NCBI RefSeq assembly: GCF_009914755.1
Contig: NC_060930.1
Source of the DNA: the human T2T-CHM13v2.0 reference genome, Homo sapiens
Length of the DNA: 64,000 nucleotides
Reading direction: 5' to 3' (one strand)
The notes below the pieces were generated by a model. That model saw only the letters and a program-made list of their open reading frames with translations. It was not told the origin of the DNA and made no database searches. The position numbers and the translations under genes are program-made. Below are positions 42,880 to 56,460 of the stretch, piece after piece. How positions within the stretch are numbered: the first letter of the stretch is position 1; each line of letters begins with the position of its first letter.

Positions 42880-45800
42880 TGACAGGCTATGGTTGTTGTA
42901 CTAAGCAAGTAAGCCCCAGGAGGTGTTCCAGTGACTCATTTGAATCTCAGACATACTTATCACTGCTCCATTGTGTAATAGCAATTCTGGCCCTTTATGA
43001 TAACTAGGGATAATTACTTCTGCCATCATTGTAACTCCTTTATATTCCTGTTGAGTATAGCATGAGGAGCCAAAAATGATTAGTTATCAGTCCTGGATTT
43101 AGATCTAGGTTCTTTGAGACCCTGCTCTTGTCCCCTGGAGACGTGACCATTCTACTTGTAGTTACCTGGACTTTCAGAATTACATAGACTGAGTTTCAAA
43201 GAAAGCACATATTTCCAAGTCTGTAAGTAGGCTTTTGGTGAGAATGACCAATTCTGTTTTCACTGGTTCCTGATCCTAGTCACTCTTATCTCTCAGCATC
43301 AAATAAGATTATTAGTGTAACATAGGTACCACATTTTGAAAAACAGTGCTCTAATTTTCCTAGATATTGTTCCCAAATTAGAATTTTAAATGAAACTTTA
43401 AAAATCTATTCCAATGATTTATTATGATAGTATCTTCCGAATGATACATAATAGGACAAGTAGGTCCTTTGGTTCAGGATGCATTCTTGTACCTTATTTA
43501 CCACAATGTTAGATTTTTCATCTGAGGTGATGTTTTGCAGGATTTAATTTTATTAATCCAGATATTCTGTGGTGATTCTATATGTGGTGTTCATAGAGAA
43601 AATGTTTTCCAGAAAAGGGAAATGCATACCTAGAACACATACTAATCTCATTCAGGACAAATGATTCAGATCTCAAGTTGAAAGTAGTCATATATAATTC
43701 TTTTCCACAAAGTGCCTGGTTGATCTATTCAAGGGATATGATATTGAAGGTTCAGCATTGGTCTCTGTTGCTAGTGTGTCATATACTGAGCATCAACTCA
43801 GCAGTAGTTAGGTTACCTTGGATAAGAGGGACCCAATGGGGTTGAGATAACACATAGATTACTTCTTAAATAGATCCACTGTGCAAACACTGAAGTGTTT
43901 GAAGACTGACTTTCCCTGGAAAAGTCATTCTGCACACCAGATGATTAAGCACCTCCTATGTGGAAAGTGTACTCCACAGGACATAGACATAAGACAAAAT
44001 CTGAATACCATGTTCCTCATCCTAAAGTCCCCCTGCATGGCATTTCCTCTAGCCATCTTGTCTCTGACCGTCAATGTTCCCCATCCCAAGGCCTTGATGA
44101 TGGAGTCACTAGCCAAAATTCTTATTTTGTCACTAGCCAAAAATTCTTATTTCCAACCATTTTTCTTTCCAATAAGTAGATAATCTTCAAGTATATGTCC
44201 ACTAAAACATGTCTGCTCTCCTACTGTCTTTCGTTATCACCACTGATTGAAGCTATATACTTGTAGTGATTCTTTTCCTTTCCACACCAAAATACTGATA
44301 TAACGCTTTGTGGATTTTCCCCTTCTCTCTCTGCTGACATGTAAAGAATAGCCAGTGAGGTCATAGATATATGCTGAAGGAAAAACATCAGTGAAACAAA
44401 GATAGGTAATTTTAGGCCTAGATGACATGCTAATCTAATGTACTATGCTTTCTGGACCTATTTAAGTCAAATCATTTTTTACCTCTTTATTCTTAATGCG
44501 TATATATACATAATATCTGTACATATTTATGGGGTATGTGTGATATTTTGATAAAAGTATACCATGTGTAATAATCAAAACTGAGTAAATGGGATATCCA
44601 TCACCTCACACATTGATCTTTATTCTGTGTTGGAAACATGTCAAATCTACCCTTCTATCTATATGAAATATACAAGGTTATGATTAACTATAGTTGCCCT
44701 ATTGTGCTACCAAGCACTAGATCTTATTCCTTCTATTAACTCTAGTTTTTTACCCATTAACCAATCTATCTTAATCTTCTCATACCTACTGTCTTTCCCA
44801 GCCTCTGATAACCACCATTCCATTCACTATCTCTCTGAGATCAATTTTTTTAGCTACCCAACATGAGTGAGGACATGTGATATTTATCTTTCAGTGCCTG
44901 GCTTATTTTACTTAAGATAATGTCTTCCAGTTCCACAGATGTTGTTGCAAATGACAGGATCCCATTTCTTTACATGGTAGAATAATATTCCATTGTGTGT
45001 GTGTGTGTGTGTGACATTAAAATATTATTTTATTGTGTATTATTCAATTTATACACATTAAAATGTGATATATATTTAATGTGTATATATACAATGTAAT
45101 ATTATTTATTAATTGACACTTAAATTGATTTATTATTGTATTTCCACCCTACCATGGATCATTGTTGTAACTCCCAGATTAGCTATCTAGTAATATTCAC
45201 CTTTTGATGTACATTTCCAGTCAGTTATCACTTAATGTTCTATAGTGAGAGTCTCAGTTTTGACTAATAGCATATTAAATCTGTTTGTGAAAAACAAATA
45301 ATGCTCTGTTTTAGGAATCATGATGTCTGTGCCATAATTTTCCCATTTGGGGCTTTCCAGAGACTCTCTTCAGAGTCCTTATCTACTACAAATACCATAA
45401 GAGCCACAAAGTGTGCCAGACCAAGTGGCCTGAGCAGCAGGAAAGGGGGCACTGCAGCCTGAACCATCTGTAGTCCCCTTTTGCATCCAGGTTCCACTTA
45501 AAGCTGACAGTTTTCTAATTTATCGGATAAGTTAAGTAATGCAGTATTCCCAAGGTTGCTACATGCGTTCTCCAACATACATAGGGTCCTATTGAAGGTA
45601 TGGCTACATTCTTGGTACCAGATTGTTTGTTATCTTGGAGAATATGTTTTCAAATGTTCCAAACTATTGAAACCTTGACAGAACCATGAACAGGGCTTGG
45701 GAGCAAGGAAGTAAATCTTTACTGCTGAAAATCTCAGTTAAATGCTAAAAGCTTTTACTTTTATTAATGATGAGGAAAATGAAAGATTCCATTCCCCCCA

Positions 45801-46190
45801 TTAGCAAATATGGCAAGTTCCAGACGCTGTGCTAATATCTTGTAATAAAGATAACACAGGTAAAGTAGAGGCTGCAATTGCAGCTAATATTTGATTAACT
45901 TTTTATTAGTTTACAATCTTCCTCCATGGTCTTTATGGCTTGTGGAAAGTCCATGTCCGTGAATAAAATAGGATGGTGACAGGGAACTTCTTTATGCATC
46001 TTTTTAATTTTTGAGATTAGTATATGACATTGTCTCTGATCCCATAGTAAAGGGTAATGAAAGAGGACCAATGTTAGGAGAGTGCACATGTGTGTTTAAG
46101 CATTATGGCTTTCACTCCACAGACCAGTGAAGAATGGTGAGGATTTTTTTATTGCTCACATGAGCATTCTTTTCACCAGGCCTTGAGGTA
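42880..46190 (-). mobile_element. Decayed ERVL-class internal region (pol RT to integrase/3' region), interrupted by L1MA
   Basis: Minus-strand 45929-45841 translates as PWRKIVN**KVNQILAAIAASTLPVLSLLQ, matching ERVL RT WRMTVDYRKLNQVVTPIAAAVPDVVSLLEQ; integrase-like sequence near 43750-43850. Confidence 0.8.
44490..44998 (-). mobile_element. L1MA 3' end
   Basis: GTACATATTTATGGGGTATGTGTGATATTTTG..GGGATATCCATCACCTCA..GTTGCAAATGACAGGAT. Confidence 0.85.
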
Positions 46191-46836
46191 TTTATTAGAT
46201 GGTATATATTAAATTTTATATATATATATATAGATATATATATAGATATATAGATATATAGATATACATTTGGTTTTCACTATATAAACCATGAAATTTT
46301 CCTATTGGAAGACAATTTATTTTGATTTGTTTGAGATTAATTCACACAAATAAGGTTTATTTCATTGCTGTATAATATAATAATACAGTACAAATCACTT
46401 ACATTTTCCATAGGCTTTCTGTTTTGTCCCATGTTTCTATTTTCATTAACTAGATTTTAAAATAAATTTTGTCTCATATTTGATAGAAAATGTCCCTTTT
46501 CTTCTTTTGCAGTTTTGTATTGTTTCATCTTGGCTATGTACTATTCTGTATTCATTTTACAATTATCATTTCAAGTTCCAACAATAATTATTGCAATATT
46601 AATTAGCATATTATGAAATCTATAAAAAATTTATGGGAAATTATATAACAATATGTGACTACATCTGTAGTGTGTATATATATTTATACATAGCCATTTC
46701 AAAATAGTATTTAATGTATAAATATATTAGCTAATATAAAATTATTTCATACTTTATAATGTTTTATAAGTATACAATTTTATAATATAACTTACTTTGC
46801 AAAACATACTATCATATCAAATAATTAATAAACTAT

Positions 46837-47550
46837 TCTGATGGTTAATACTGAGTGTCAACTTGATTGGCTGAAGGATGCAAAGTATTGTTTTTGGGTG
46901 TGTCTGTGAGGGTGTTGCCAAAGGAGATTAACATTTGAGTCAGTGAGCTGGGAAAGGTAGACCCACCTATAATCTAGGTGGATACCAGCTAATAGGCTAC
47001 CAGTGTGGCCAGAATATAAAACGGGCAGAAAAATGTGAAAAGGTTAGACTGGCTTAGCCTGCCAGCCTACATCTTGCTCCTGTCATGGATGCTTCCTGCC
47101 CTTGGACATCAGACTCCAATTTCTTAAGCTTTGGGACTCGGACTAGCCTCCTTACTCCTCAGCTTGCAGATGGCCTATTGTGGTACCTTGTGATCACCTG
47201 AGGTAATACTTCTTAATAAACTCCACATATATATATTTTTATATATACATTATATATATATTTATATATATATTATATATATTTATATATATATTATATA
47301 TATTTATATATATATTATATATATTTATATATATATTATATATATTTATATATATATTTTATATATATATTTATATATATATTAGTTCCATCTCTCTAGA
47401 GAACCCTATATATATTGTTCTCTCTATATATTTATATATTAAATATATATAGCATTCTCTCTATATAGTTATATATTATATATATAAATATATATAGTAT
47501 AATATATATATTTATTAGTTCCATCTCTCTAGAGAACCCTGACCAATAAA
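46837..47550 (+). mobile_element. MLT2A (HERV-L) solo LTR with internal TA expansion
   Basis: GATGGTTAATACTGAGTGTCAACTTGATTGG start, CTAGAGAACCCTGACCAATA end, 5-bp TSD ACTAT (46832-46836, 47551-47555). Confidence 0.93.
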
Positions 47551-47829
47551 ACTATTATCTCATTAATACAATGTTTAGAAATATTTCTATAATTTATTTG
47601 AAATTGTTGATGCTGGATTTATTCATCAGTTGTTCCTTTTTGCAGTACAAATGCTGTTTTAAAAGTTATATTGTATTCTTTTTGCTGGTAAGAAAATAGA
47701 CTTTATATAACATTTTGTATCTCTCAAAATTCTTAAATTTCTTTCAATCTAATAATTTATCAGTGGCTTTTCTGGGCATTCCTTAACATGTAATTATGTA
47801 ATTTATACTTAATAACACTTTTTAACTTC

Positions 47830-49833
47830 TTTATTTATTTATTTATTTATTTTACTTCTTATTTTATTATTATTATACTTTAAGTTTTAGGGTACATGTG
47901 CACAATGTGCAGGTTAGTTACATATGTATACATGTGCCATGCTGCTGCGCTGCACCCACTAACTCGTCATCTAGCATTAGGTATCTCTCCTAATGCTATC
48001 CCTCCCCCCTCCCCCCACCCCACAACTGTCCCCAGAGTATGATGTTACCCTTCCTGTGTCCATGTATTCTCATTGTTCAATTCCCACCTGTGAGTGAGAA
48101 CACGCGGTGTTTGTTTTTTTGTCCTTGCGATAGTTTACTGACAATGATGATTTCCAATTTCATCCATGTCCCTACAAAGGACATGAACTCATCATTTTTT
48201 ATGGCTGCATAGTATTCCATGGTGTATATGTGCCACATTTTCTTAATCCAGTCTATCCTTGTTGGACATTTGGCTTGGTTCCAAGTCTTTGCTATTGTGA
48301 ATAGTGCCGCAATAAACATATGTGTGCATGTGTCTTTATAGCAGCATAATTTATAGTCCTTTGGATATATACCCAGTAATGGGATGGCTGAGTCAAATGG
48401 TATTTCTAGATCCCTGAGGAATCGCCACATTGTCTTCCACAATGGTTGAACTAGTTTACAGTCCCACCAACAGTGTAAAAGTGTTCCTATTTCTCCACAT
48501 CCTCTCCAGCACCTGTTGTTTCCTGAAATAAAATACTTTACAGACAAGCAAATGCTGAGAGATTTTGTCACCACCAGGCCTGCCCTAAAAGAGCTCTCGA
48601 AGGAAGCACTAAACATGGAAAGGAACAACCGGTACCAGCTGCTGCAAAATCATGCCAAAATGTAAAGACCATCGAGACTAGGAAGAAACTGCATCAACTA
48701 ATGAGCAAAATAACCAGCTAACATCATAATGACAGGATCAAATTCACACATAACAATATTAACTTTAAATGTAAATGGACTAAATGCTCCAGTTAAAAGA
48801 CACAGACTGGCAAATTAGATAAAGAGTCAAGACCCATCAGTGTGCTGTATTCAGTAAACCCATCTCACGTGCAGAGACACACATAGGCTCAAAATAAAAG
48901 GATGGCGGAAGATCTACCAAGCAAATGGAAAACAAAAAAAGGGAGGGGTTGCAATCCTAGTCTCTGATAAAACAGACTTTAAACCAACAAAGATCAAAAG
49001 AGACAAAGAACGCCATTACATAATGGTAAAGGGATCAATTCAACAAGAAGAGCTAACTATCCTAAATATATATGCACCCAATACAGGAGCACCCAGATTC
49101 ATAAAGCAAGTCCTAAGTGACCTACAAAGAGACTTAGACTCCCACACATTAATAATGGGAGACCTTAACACCCCACTGTCAACATTAGACAGATCAATGA
49201 GACAGAAAGTTAACAAGGATACCCAGGAATTGAACTCAGCTCTGCACCAAGCAGACCTAATAGACATCTACAGAACTCTCCACCCCAAATCAACAGAATA
49301 TACATTTTTTTTCAGCACCACACCTATTCCAAAATTGACCACATAGTTGGAAGTAAAGCTCTCCTCAGCAAATGTAAAAGAACAGAAATTATAACAAACT
49401 ATCTCTCAGACCACAGTGCAATCAAACTAGAACTCAGGATTAAGAGTCTCACTCAAAACTGCTCAGCTACGTGGAAACTGAACAACCTGCTCCTGAATGA
49501 ATACTGGGTACATAACGAAATGAAGGCAGAAATAAAGATGTTCTTTGAAACCAACAAGAACAAAGACACAACATATGAGAATCTCCGGGACACATTCAAA
49601 GCAGTGTGTAGATGGAAATTTATAGCACTAAATGCCCACAAGAGAAAGCAGGAAAGATCCAAAATTGACACCCTAACACCACAATTAAAAGAACTAGAAA
49701 AGCAAGAGCAAACTCATTCAAAAGCTAGCAGAAGGCAAGAAATAACTAAAATCAGAGCAGAACTGAAGGAAATAGAGACACAAAAAACCCTTCAAAAAAT
49801 TAATGAATCCAGGAGTGGTTTTTTTGAAAGGAT
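47830..49833 (-). mobile_element. Young L1PA (PA2-4-like) with 5' inversion and large internal deletion
   Basis: T-rich tail, 3' UTR and ORF2 C-terminus on minus to 48526; ORF1 end and ORF2 endonuclease (ATG 48729, stops present) on plus to 49833; degenerate TSD TAACTTCTT / TAGCTTCTT. Confidence 0.93.
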
Positions 49834-51309
49834 TAGCTTCTTATTAAACTAACTGTTTTATTTATTTTCTGTCATTAGGGCACTGATTTTTTTCACATGA
49901 CCAAAAAAAGGTATATTAATTACCCTGGGCTTATTCCAGATATTAAAAAAAAAGCTTTCAAACTTTGACAACTTTTTCTTATATTTGCCCCAAAGTCTTT
50001 TTTGTGTCTGTTTGTAACGTGTTTTATCAAATTAAGTAAATTAATAATATGTTTATCTCCTTTAATTTACTAATGTGTTATGTAAATTAATTTTCTTATA
50101 CTAATCCAACTTGGCATTCCTGAGTAAACTCAGTCATTAATTGAAAATCTACTATCTTAAATTGATTTTTTTCACCAATGTATTTGTGAACATAAAATTT
50201 TGTTGTATGAGGAAAATTTTCTGAAAATTCTTAATAGTATAATTCCTGGCATCAACAATATTTAATTTATGGTTCTACGTTATTTTTTCTAATAACTAAA
50301 AAATTTAGGGTTAAATGTAGAGAGATTATTTTTCCTTTTGTAGCTTCTTCTAGTGGTTATCCTTTCATGTAATCTCTCTACATTTCATTTTCACTACTAA
50401 TTAAAGAAAATTCACTAGGGTAATAAGAGTAGGTGAGATAGAATGTGAAACTTTTAAATTTGGCTAATAATGTTCAGTTTTTGTTTTTCTTGGAAGTAAA
50501 AAATATTGTTCTTAGTGTGTTTCTGCTACCTTAAAGTAACTTAGTTCTTGTTTTATAATTTACATATTTGTTTGAATGTTCTTATTGAATAAATTGCATC
50601 AATTTCTTTAAAAATAATACTCATTAAGATTTATAATACTATAAAAGGATACATAATAATTAATGTCCATCTGCCATTCTATCAATATATATCTAGATAT
50701 TTGTCTATTTACAAATCTACCTATGTATAGACATTAATTATTAACATTATTAATGTTTAGACCCTGCCAAAATAAATGCATTTTTTCTTTACATAAGTAT
50801 GTATTTATATCAAAGCTTATTATATTCATATCTGTAGTTTGCATAATCAAGCATATGCATGAATGCACATACATCACTTTAAAAATATGTTCTCCTATTA
50901 ACAGAAAAGAATAATCATCACACTATCAATTAGGTGTCGCAATCTCTTCCAAATTTGAGGTTAATTATTTGTGGCAAGACATGATGCTCAATAAATCTTT
51001 ACAGAATGAAGAAATTAATATTCTACTTCATTGAAATTTTTTGCACCAATTGAGAAACTATAATTGTTACAAAAGAATTTAAACTGTAAATACAGCACCA
51101 TTATAAAATCAGATATATCTTAGTTATATTAAGATATATTATTTATTTAACTTATTTAAAAACTTATTTATGTTTTGTCTGTTGTTAAATATGTTTTCAT
51201 GATAATGGTACTTTATTAAGATTTTTTATATGATAAAATAAAAATACTATAATTTTACTATTTTTGACAAAGATACTTTTGCATTGTAAATGAAATTTTA
51301 AACATTTAG

Positions 51310-51497
51310 TGCATAGATAAGTAGACTGCTTATGTAAAAAAAATCAGTGGAATCTACAAAAATACTAGAATTAATAAGGAATTTAGAAAATAACAGCAAA
51401 CTAAGTGAATAAACAAAATTCAACTGTATTTCTATATAATAGCTATGAAAAACCGGAAAATCAAATTGCAAAAGCAATTATATTCAAAATAGCATAA
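51310..51497 (+). mobile_element. Old L1M ORF2 fragment
   Basis: GAATCTACAAAAATACTAGAATTAATAAG..AAAATTCAACTGTATTTCTATATA. Confidence 0.65.
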
Positions 51498-51499
51498 GA

Positions 51500-54400
51500 G
51501 TAGAGCCAAGATAACTGTCTAGATGCAGCCAGGAATAGCTCCTCCCACTGAGAGACCAGACTATCAAGAAGACGGGTACACTTGTAGCAGATCTTCAGAA
51601 GGAAGACATTTAGAGTGTACAGAGAGAGGATGCCGAATCTGGACTGAGTGGGGTGGATCGTAAGAAGCCTGCACCTTGTTGCTGAGGACGAGGATTTGTT
51701 TCTTGTCCTAAGTGGCTCCTGGAGAAGGAATGAGTTAAATAGGCATGGAATGGCCCACTCTCACCATGGATCTCCAGAATCCTAGCAGCAGGAGTCCCCA
51801 CAACCCCAATGGACATTTGAGCCGGCAGAGAAAACTGCTTGGAATGTTGGCAGAGAAAGGACTCCAGGCTGTGCAGATCCCAGAGGGTTAGGTACCAGAA
51901 CAGCTGCAATAAAGAATGGCCAAGGAAACCCATCTCCCAAGGCTTGCCACACTCCTCTAGATGGCTTTAGCCTTTGTTGGCTGTTGTATCTGAACAGTAC
52001 AAGGGTATCTTGCCTGTGGGATGGGGCCAGGCTGATCTGAGTACCCCCATCATTTTCTGGCCTCTCTTAGGATTCCTGTCTGGCTGCATCCAATTTTAGT
52101 ACAGCCTCAGATGCCCAACTGCGGCACTTCCCAGCAGCTACCAACATAGCTTTTACACCGGTTACCGGTTTTACCCTACAAAACCATCAGACTGCTTTTG
52201 CAGACAGGCCTGTACTGGCATGTACATGTCCACAGCTTTGCCCCATCACTTTGCTGACATGTAATCAACTGAAGCCTGCCCCCACTCCTTTCCTGGCACA
52301 CATGAATGCATGAATCTCACTGCCCTTCTACCACTGGTATTTGTACATATAAGCAGACCTCACTGCTGCAACCTCTCCATCATATGCACATGTGGACTCC
52401 ACCATGGCTGGCACTCATATGGACCCTGACATGCCACTGCTACTGGCACACATATATGTGTACAGATTCCAGAACACTGCCAACCTGCTGCTTCCTGCCA
52501 GTGAAGACCCTGCTGCCACTGCCTCAGTAGAGCACTATTGCCAGCATCATCCCCCCAGGTCACCCAGTTTGAGTGTTATCACCAGTGAACCAGGAACACC
52601 TCGGGCTTCACTGTGTAGCAGGTGTTTAAGCACAAGGAGCAATAAAACAAAGCCATGGACCTAATCACAGCACCCTAAGTTAGGGTACACATCCCAGGAG
52701 TGCTGAGCTAAGCCTTTGACAGTAAAATTATCCAGAAATGAAGCTGCATTAGTCCGTTTTCATGCTGCTGATAAAGATATACATGAGACTGGGCAATTTA
52801 CCAAAGAAAGAGGTGTACTGATCTTATAGTTCCACATGGCCGGGGAGGCCTCACAATCATGGTGGAAGACAGGAGAAGCAAGCCACATCTTACATGGATG
52901 ACAGCAGGCAAAGAGATTGTACAGGGAAGCTCCCATTTTTAAAACCATCAGATCTCATGAGACTCATTTACTATCAAGAGAACAGTGCAGGAAAGGCCCA
53001 TCCCTATAATTCAATCACCTCCAACTAGGTTCCTCCCATGACATGTGGGAATTATGGGAGTCACAATTCAAGATGAGATTGAGGTGGCGACACAGCAAAA
53101 CCATATCAAAAGCCATTCAACCAACCCAACTTATATCTTTTATATTCTTTGCTGCCCTCAAGGTTTTGACTTATATCAGTCAAATCCTCGACGGCAGCAA
53201 AGAATATAAAATAACAAACTCCATCCAAAGGACAGCAACTTCAAACATTAAAGGAACATCAACCCACACAGATGAGAAAGGACCAGCACAAGAACTGTGA
53301 CAACTCAGAAAGCCAGAGTTTCTTCTTACTTCCAAACGACCACATTAGCTTCCCAGAAATAGTTCTTAACCAGACTGAAATAGCTAAAATGACAGACATA
53401 GAACTCAGACTTTTTACGGCAATGAAGACCATTAAGATTCAGGAGAAAGTGCAAACCTATCCCAAGGAATCTAAGGAATACAGTAAAATGATTCAAGAGC
53501 TGAAAGATGAAATATACATTAAAAACACCTGATTTTTTAGAGCGAAAAATTCATTTTAAGAGTTGTATAGTGCCACCAGAAGTATTAACAGCAGAATAAA
53601 TTAAGCTAAAGACAGAATCTCACAGCTCAAAGGCTGGTTCTTCAAATCAATTCAGTCATACAAAAATAAAGCAAAAAGAATAAAAATGAATGACTAAAGT
53701 CTCTGAGAAATTTGGGATTACGTAAGGAGATCAAGATTAGTGAGTCATTGGCATGTCTGAAAGAGAGGCAGATAGAGTAAGGAACTTGGAAAACATGTTT
53801 GCAAATATTGTCCATGAAGATTTTCCCAACATTGCTAGAGAGGGCTAGATTGAAATTCAAGAAATTTAGAGAAGCCCTGCAAAAAATAGTACAAGAGGAC
53901 CATCCGTATGACACATACACATCAGATTCTCCAAGGTCAACGCAAAAGAAAAAAATATTAGAAATAGCTAGAGATAAGGGGCAGGTCACCTTACAAAGGG
54001 AACCCCACCAGGCTAACAGTGGAATTTTCAGAAGAAATTCTAGAAGCCAGAAGGGATTAGGGGCAGTTATTCAGTATTCTTAAAGAAAATGAATTCCAAC
54101 CAAGAATTTCATAATCTGACAAACTAAGCTTCATAAGTGTAAAAGAAATAAAATTCTTTTAGACAAGCAAATACTAAGGGAAGTTTGTACCACCAGACCC
54201 ATACAATAGGTCATTAAGGGAGTGCCAAACTTGGAAATGAAATAATATTATGAACTACCACATAAAGAGTTAAGTACATAGACCATAGGTACTATACAGT
54301 AAGTACACAGTCAACTCTACATAATAACCAGCTAATACAATTACAGGATCAAATTCACAATTTATCAATATGAATCTTAAATGTGAATGGGATAAACACT

Positions 54401-56460
54401 CCATTTAAAAGCCACAGAGTGACACATTAGTTTTAGAAGCAAGACCCAACTTTGTCCTGTCTTCAAGAGACCCATCTCACATGCAAGGTCACTCACAGAC
54501 TTAAAGTAAAAGCATAGAGCAAAATCTATCAAACAAACAAAAAATAACGAAAAGCAGGGGTTGCTATTCTAATTTTAGCCAAAACATATTAAACCAACAA
54601 TGATTAAAAAGGACAAAGAAGGACATTACATGATAAAGTGTTCAATTCAACAAGAAAATTTAAGTTTCTTAAATGTATATGCATACAACAATGGAGCAAC
54701 CAGATCCATAAATCAAGTTCTTACAGACCTATAAAGAGATTTAGATAACCACATGATAATAGTGGGAGGCTTCAACACCTCACTGATAGTATTCAAGAGA
54801 TTGTTGATGCAGAAAAGTAACAAAGACATTTGGGACCTAAATTTAACACAACAAATGTACTAACAGATAGCTGCAGGACACTCCACCCAAAAACAACAGC
54901 ATATGTGCTATTCTCATCAACACATGGCATATACTCTGTTAATCATAAAGCATAAAGTAATTTTCAATAAATTTAAAATGACTGAAATAATATCAACTAC
55001 AATCTCAATCTTAGAGCACAGCAGAAAATAAAGATGGAAATCAATTCCAGAAATATCTTTCAAAACCATACAGTTACATGGAAATTAAACAACCCAATCT
55101 TGATTGATTTTGGGGTAAACATTAAGATTAAGGCAGCAATCAAGAAATTCTTTGAAACTATGAAAACAAAGATACAACCTACCAGAATCTTTGAGACACA
55201 ACTAAAGCACTGATAAGATGTAAGTTTTTAGCACTAAATATCTGCATTAACATTAAAAAAAAGTTAGAAAGATCACAAATTAACAACCTAACATCACATC
55301 TAGAGGAAATAGAAAAGCAAAAAACAACCTCAAAGCTAGAATAAGAAAAGAAATAGCCCAAGCCAGGGCTGAATTGAACAAAATTGAGATGTAAAAAAAG
55401 ACACAAAAGATTAAAGAAACTAAAAGTTGGCTTTTGGAAAAATAAATAAAACAGACAGACTCCTAGCTAGACTAACAATGGCAAAAAAGAGAGAAGATCC
55501 AAATAAACATAATCAGAAATGATAAAGGGGGCATTAACACTGAAGGCATAGAAATACAGAAAACCCTCAGAGGCTATGACCATCTCTGTGCACACAAACT
55601 AGAAAACCTAGAAGAAATGGATGAGTACCTGGAAACATACATCCTCCAAAGACTGAACCAGGAAGTTGAAATATTAGACCAATAACAAGTTCAGATTTTG
55701 AAACAATGAGAAAAAATCTTACCAAACAGAAAAAGCCCCGGACCACATGTATTCACAGCCAAATTCTACCAGATGTATAAAGAAGAGCTGGTATCAGTCT
55801 TACTGAAAATATTTCAAAAGATTCAGATGGAGGGATTCCTCCCTCATTCATTGTATGAACCCGGCCTCATTTTGATACCAAAACCTGGTAAAGACACAAT
55901 GAAAAAGGAAAACTTCCATCCAAAATCCCTGATGAACACAGAGGCAAAAATCCTCAACAAAATGCTAGCAAACCAAATCCAGCAAGCAGCACAACAATAA
56001 GTCAATCAACAACAATCAAGTAGGCTTTGTTCTTGAGATGCAAGGTTGGTTCAACATAGGTGAATCAATAGATTTCTTTGACTACTTAAGCTAAAGTAAA
56101 AACAAAAACACATGATCATCTCAATAGATGCAGAAGATGCTTCCAATAAAATCAACACCCCTTCATATTAAAAACCCTCAACAAACTAGGAATCAATGGA
56201 ACATACATCAAAACAATAAGAACCATCTATGTCAAACCCACAGCCAACATCATACTATATGGGCAAAAGCTGGCAGCATTTCTCTAGAGAACTGGGACAA
56301 GACAAAGAGGCCCACTCTCAGTCTCACAACTCCTATTCAATACAGTTCTGAAAGTCCTAGCCAGAACAATCAGGTGAGAGAATGAAATAAACCACATTCA
56401 AATAGAAAGAGAGTAAGTCAAATTATCTCTTCACAGAAGATGTGATTCTATTCCCAGAAA
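51500..56460 (+). mobile_element. Old primate L1 (L1P4/L1PA13-17-like): 5' UTR, ORF1, ORF2 to mid-RT; 3'-truncated
   Basis: GCCAAGATAACTG..TAGATGCAGCCAGG start; ORF1 fragment 53272-53532; ORF2 fragment 55773-56000; stops near the FADD-equivalent position. Confidence 0.88.
52745..53108 (-). mobile_element. THE1 (B/C-like) MaLR solo LTR inside the L1 5' UTR
   Basis: TGCATTAGTCCGTTTTCATGCTGCTGATAAAG..AAACCATATCA; TSD GAAGC / AAAGC. Confidence 0.93.

Noticed and set aside
48729-49852. L1 endonuclease as a functional CDS
   Set aside because: In-frame stops and a frameshift, RT deleted, no 5' UTR promoter
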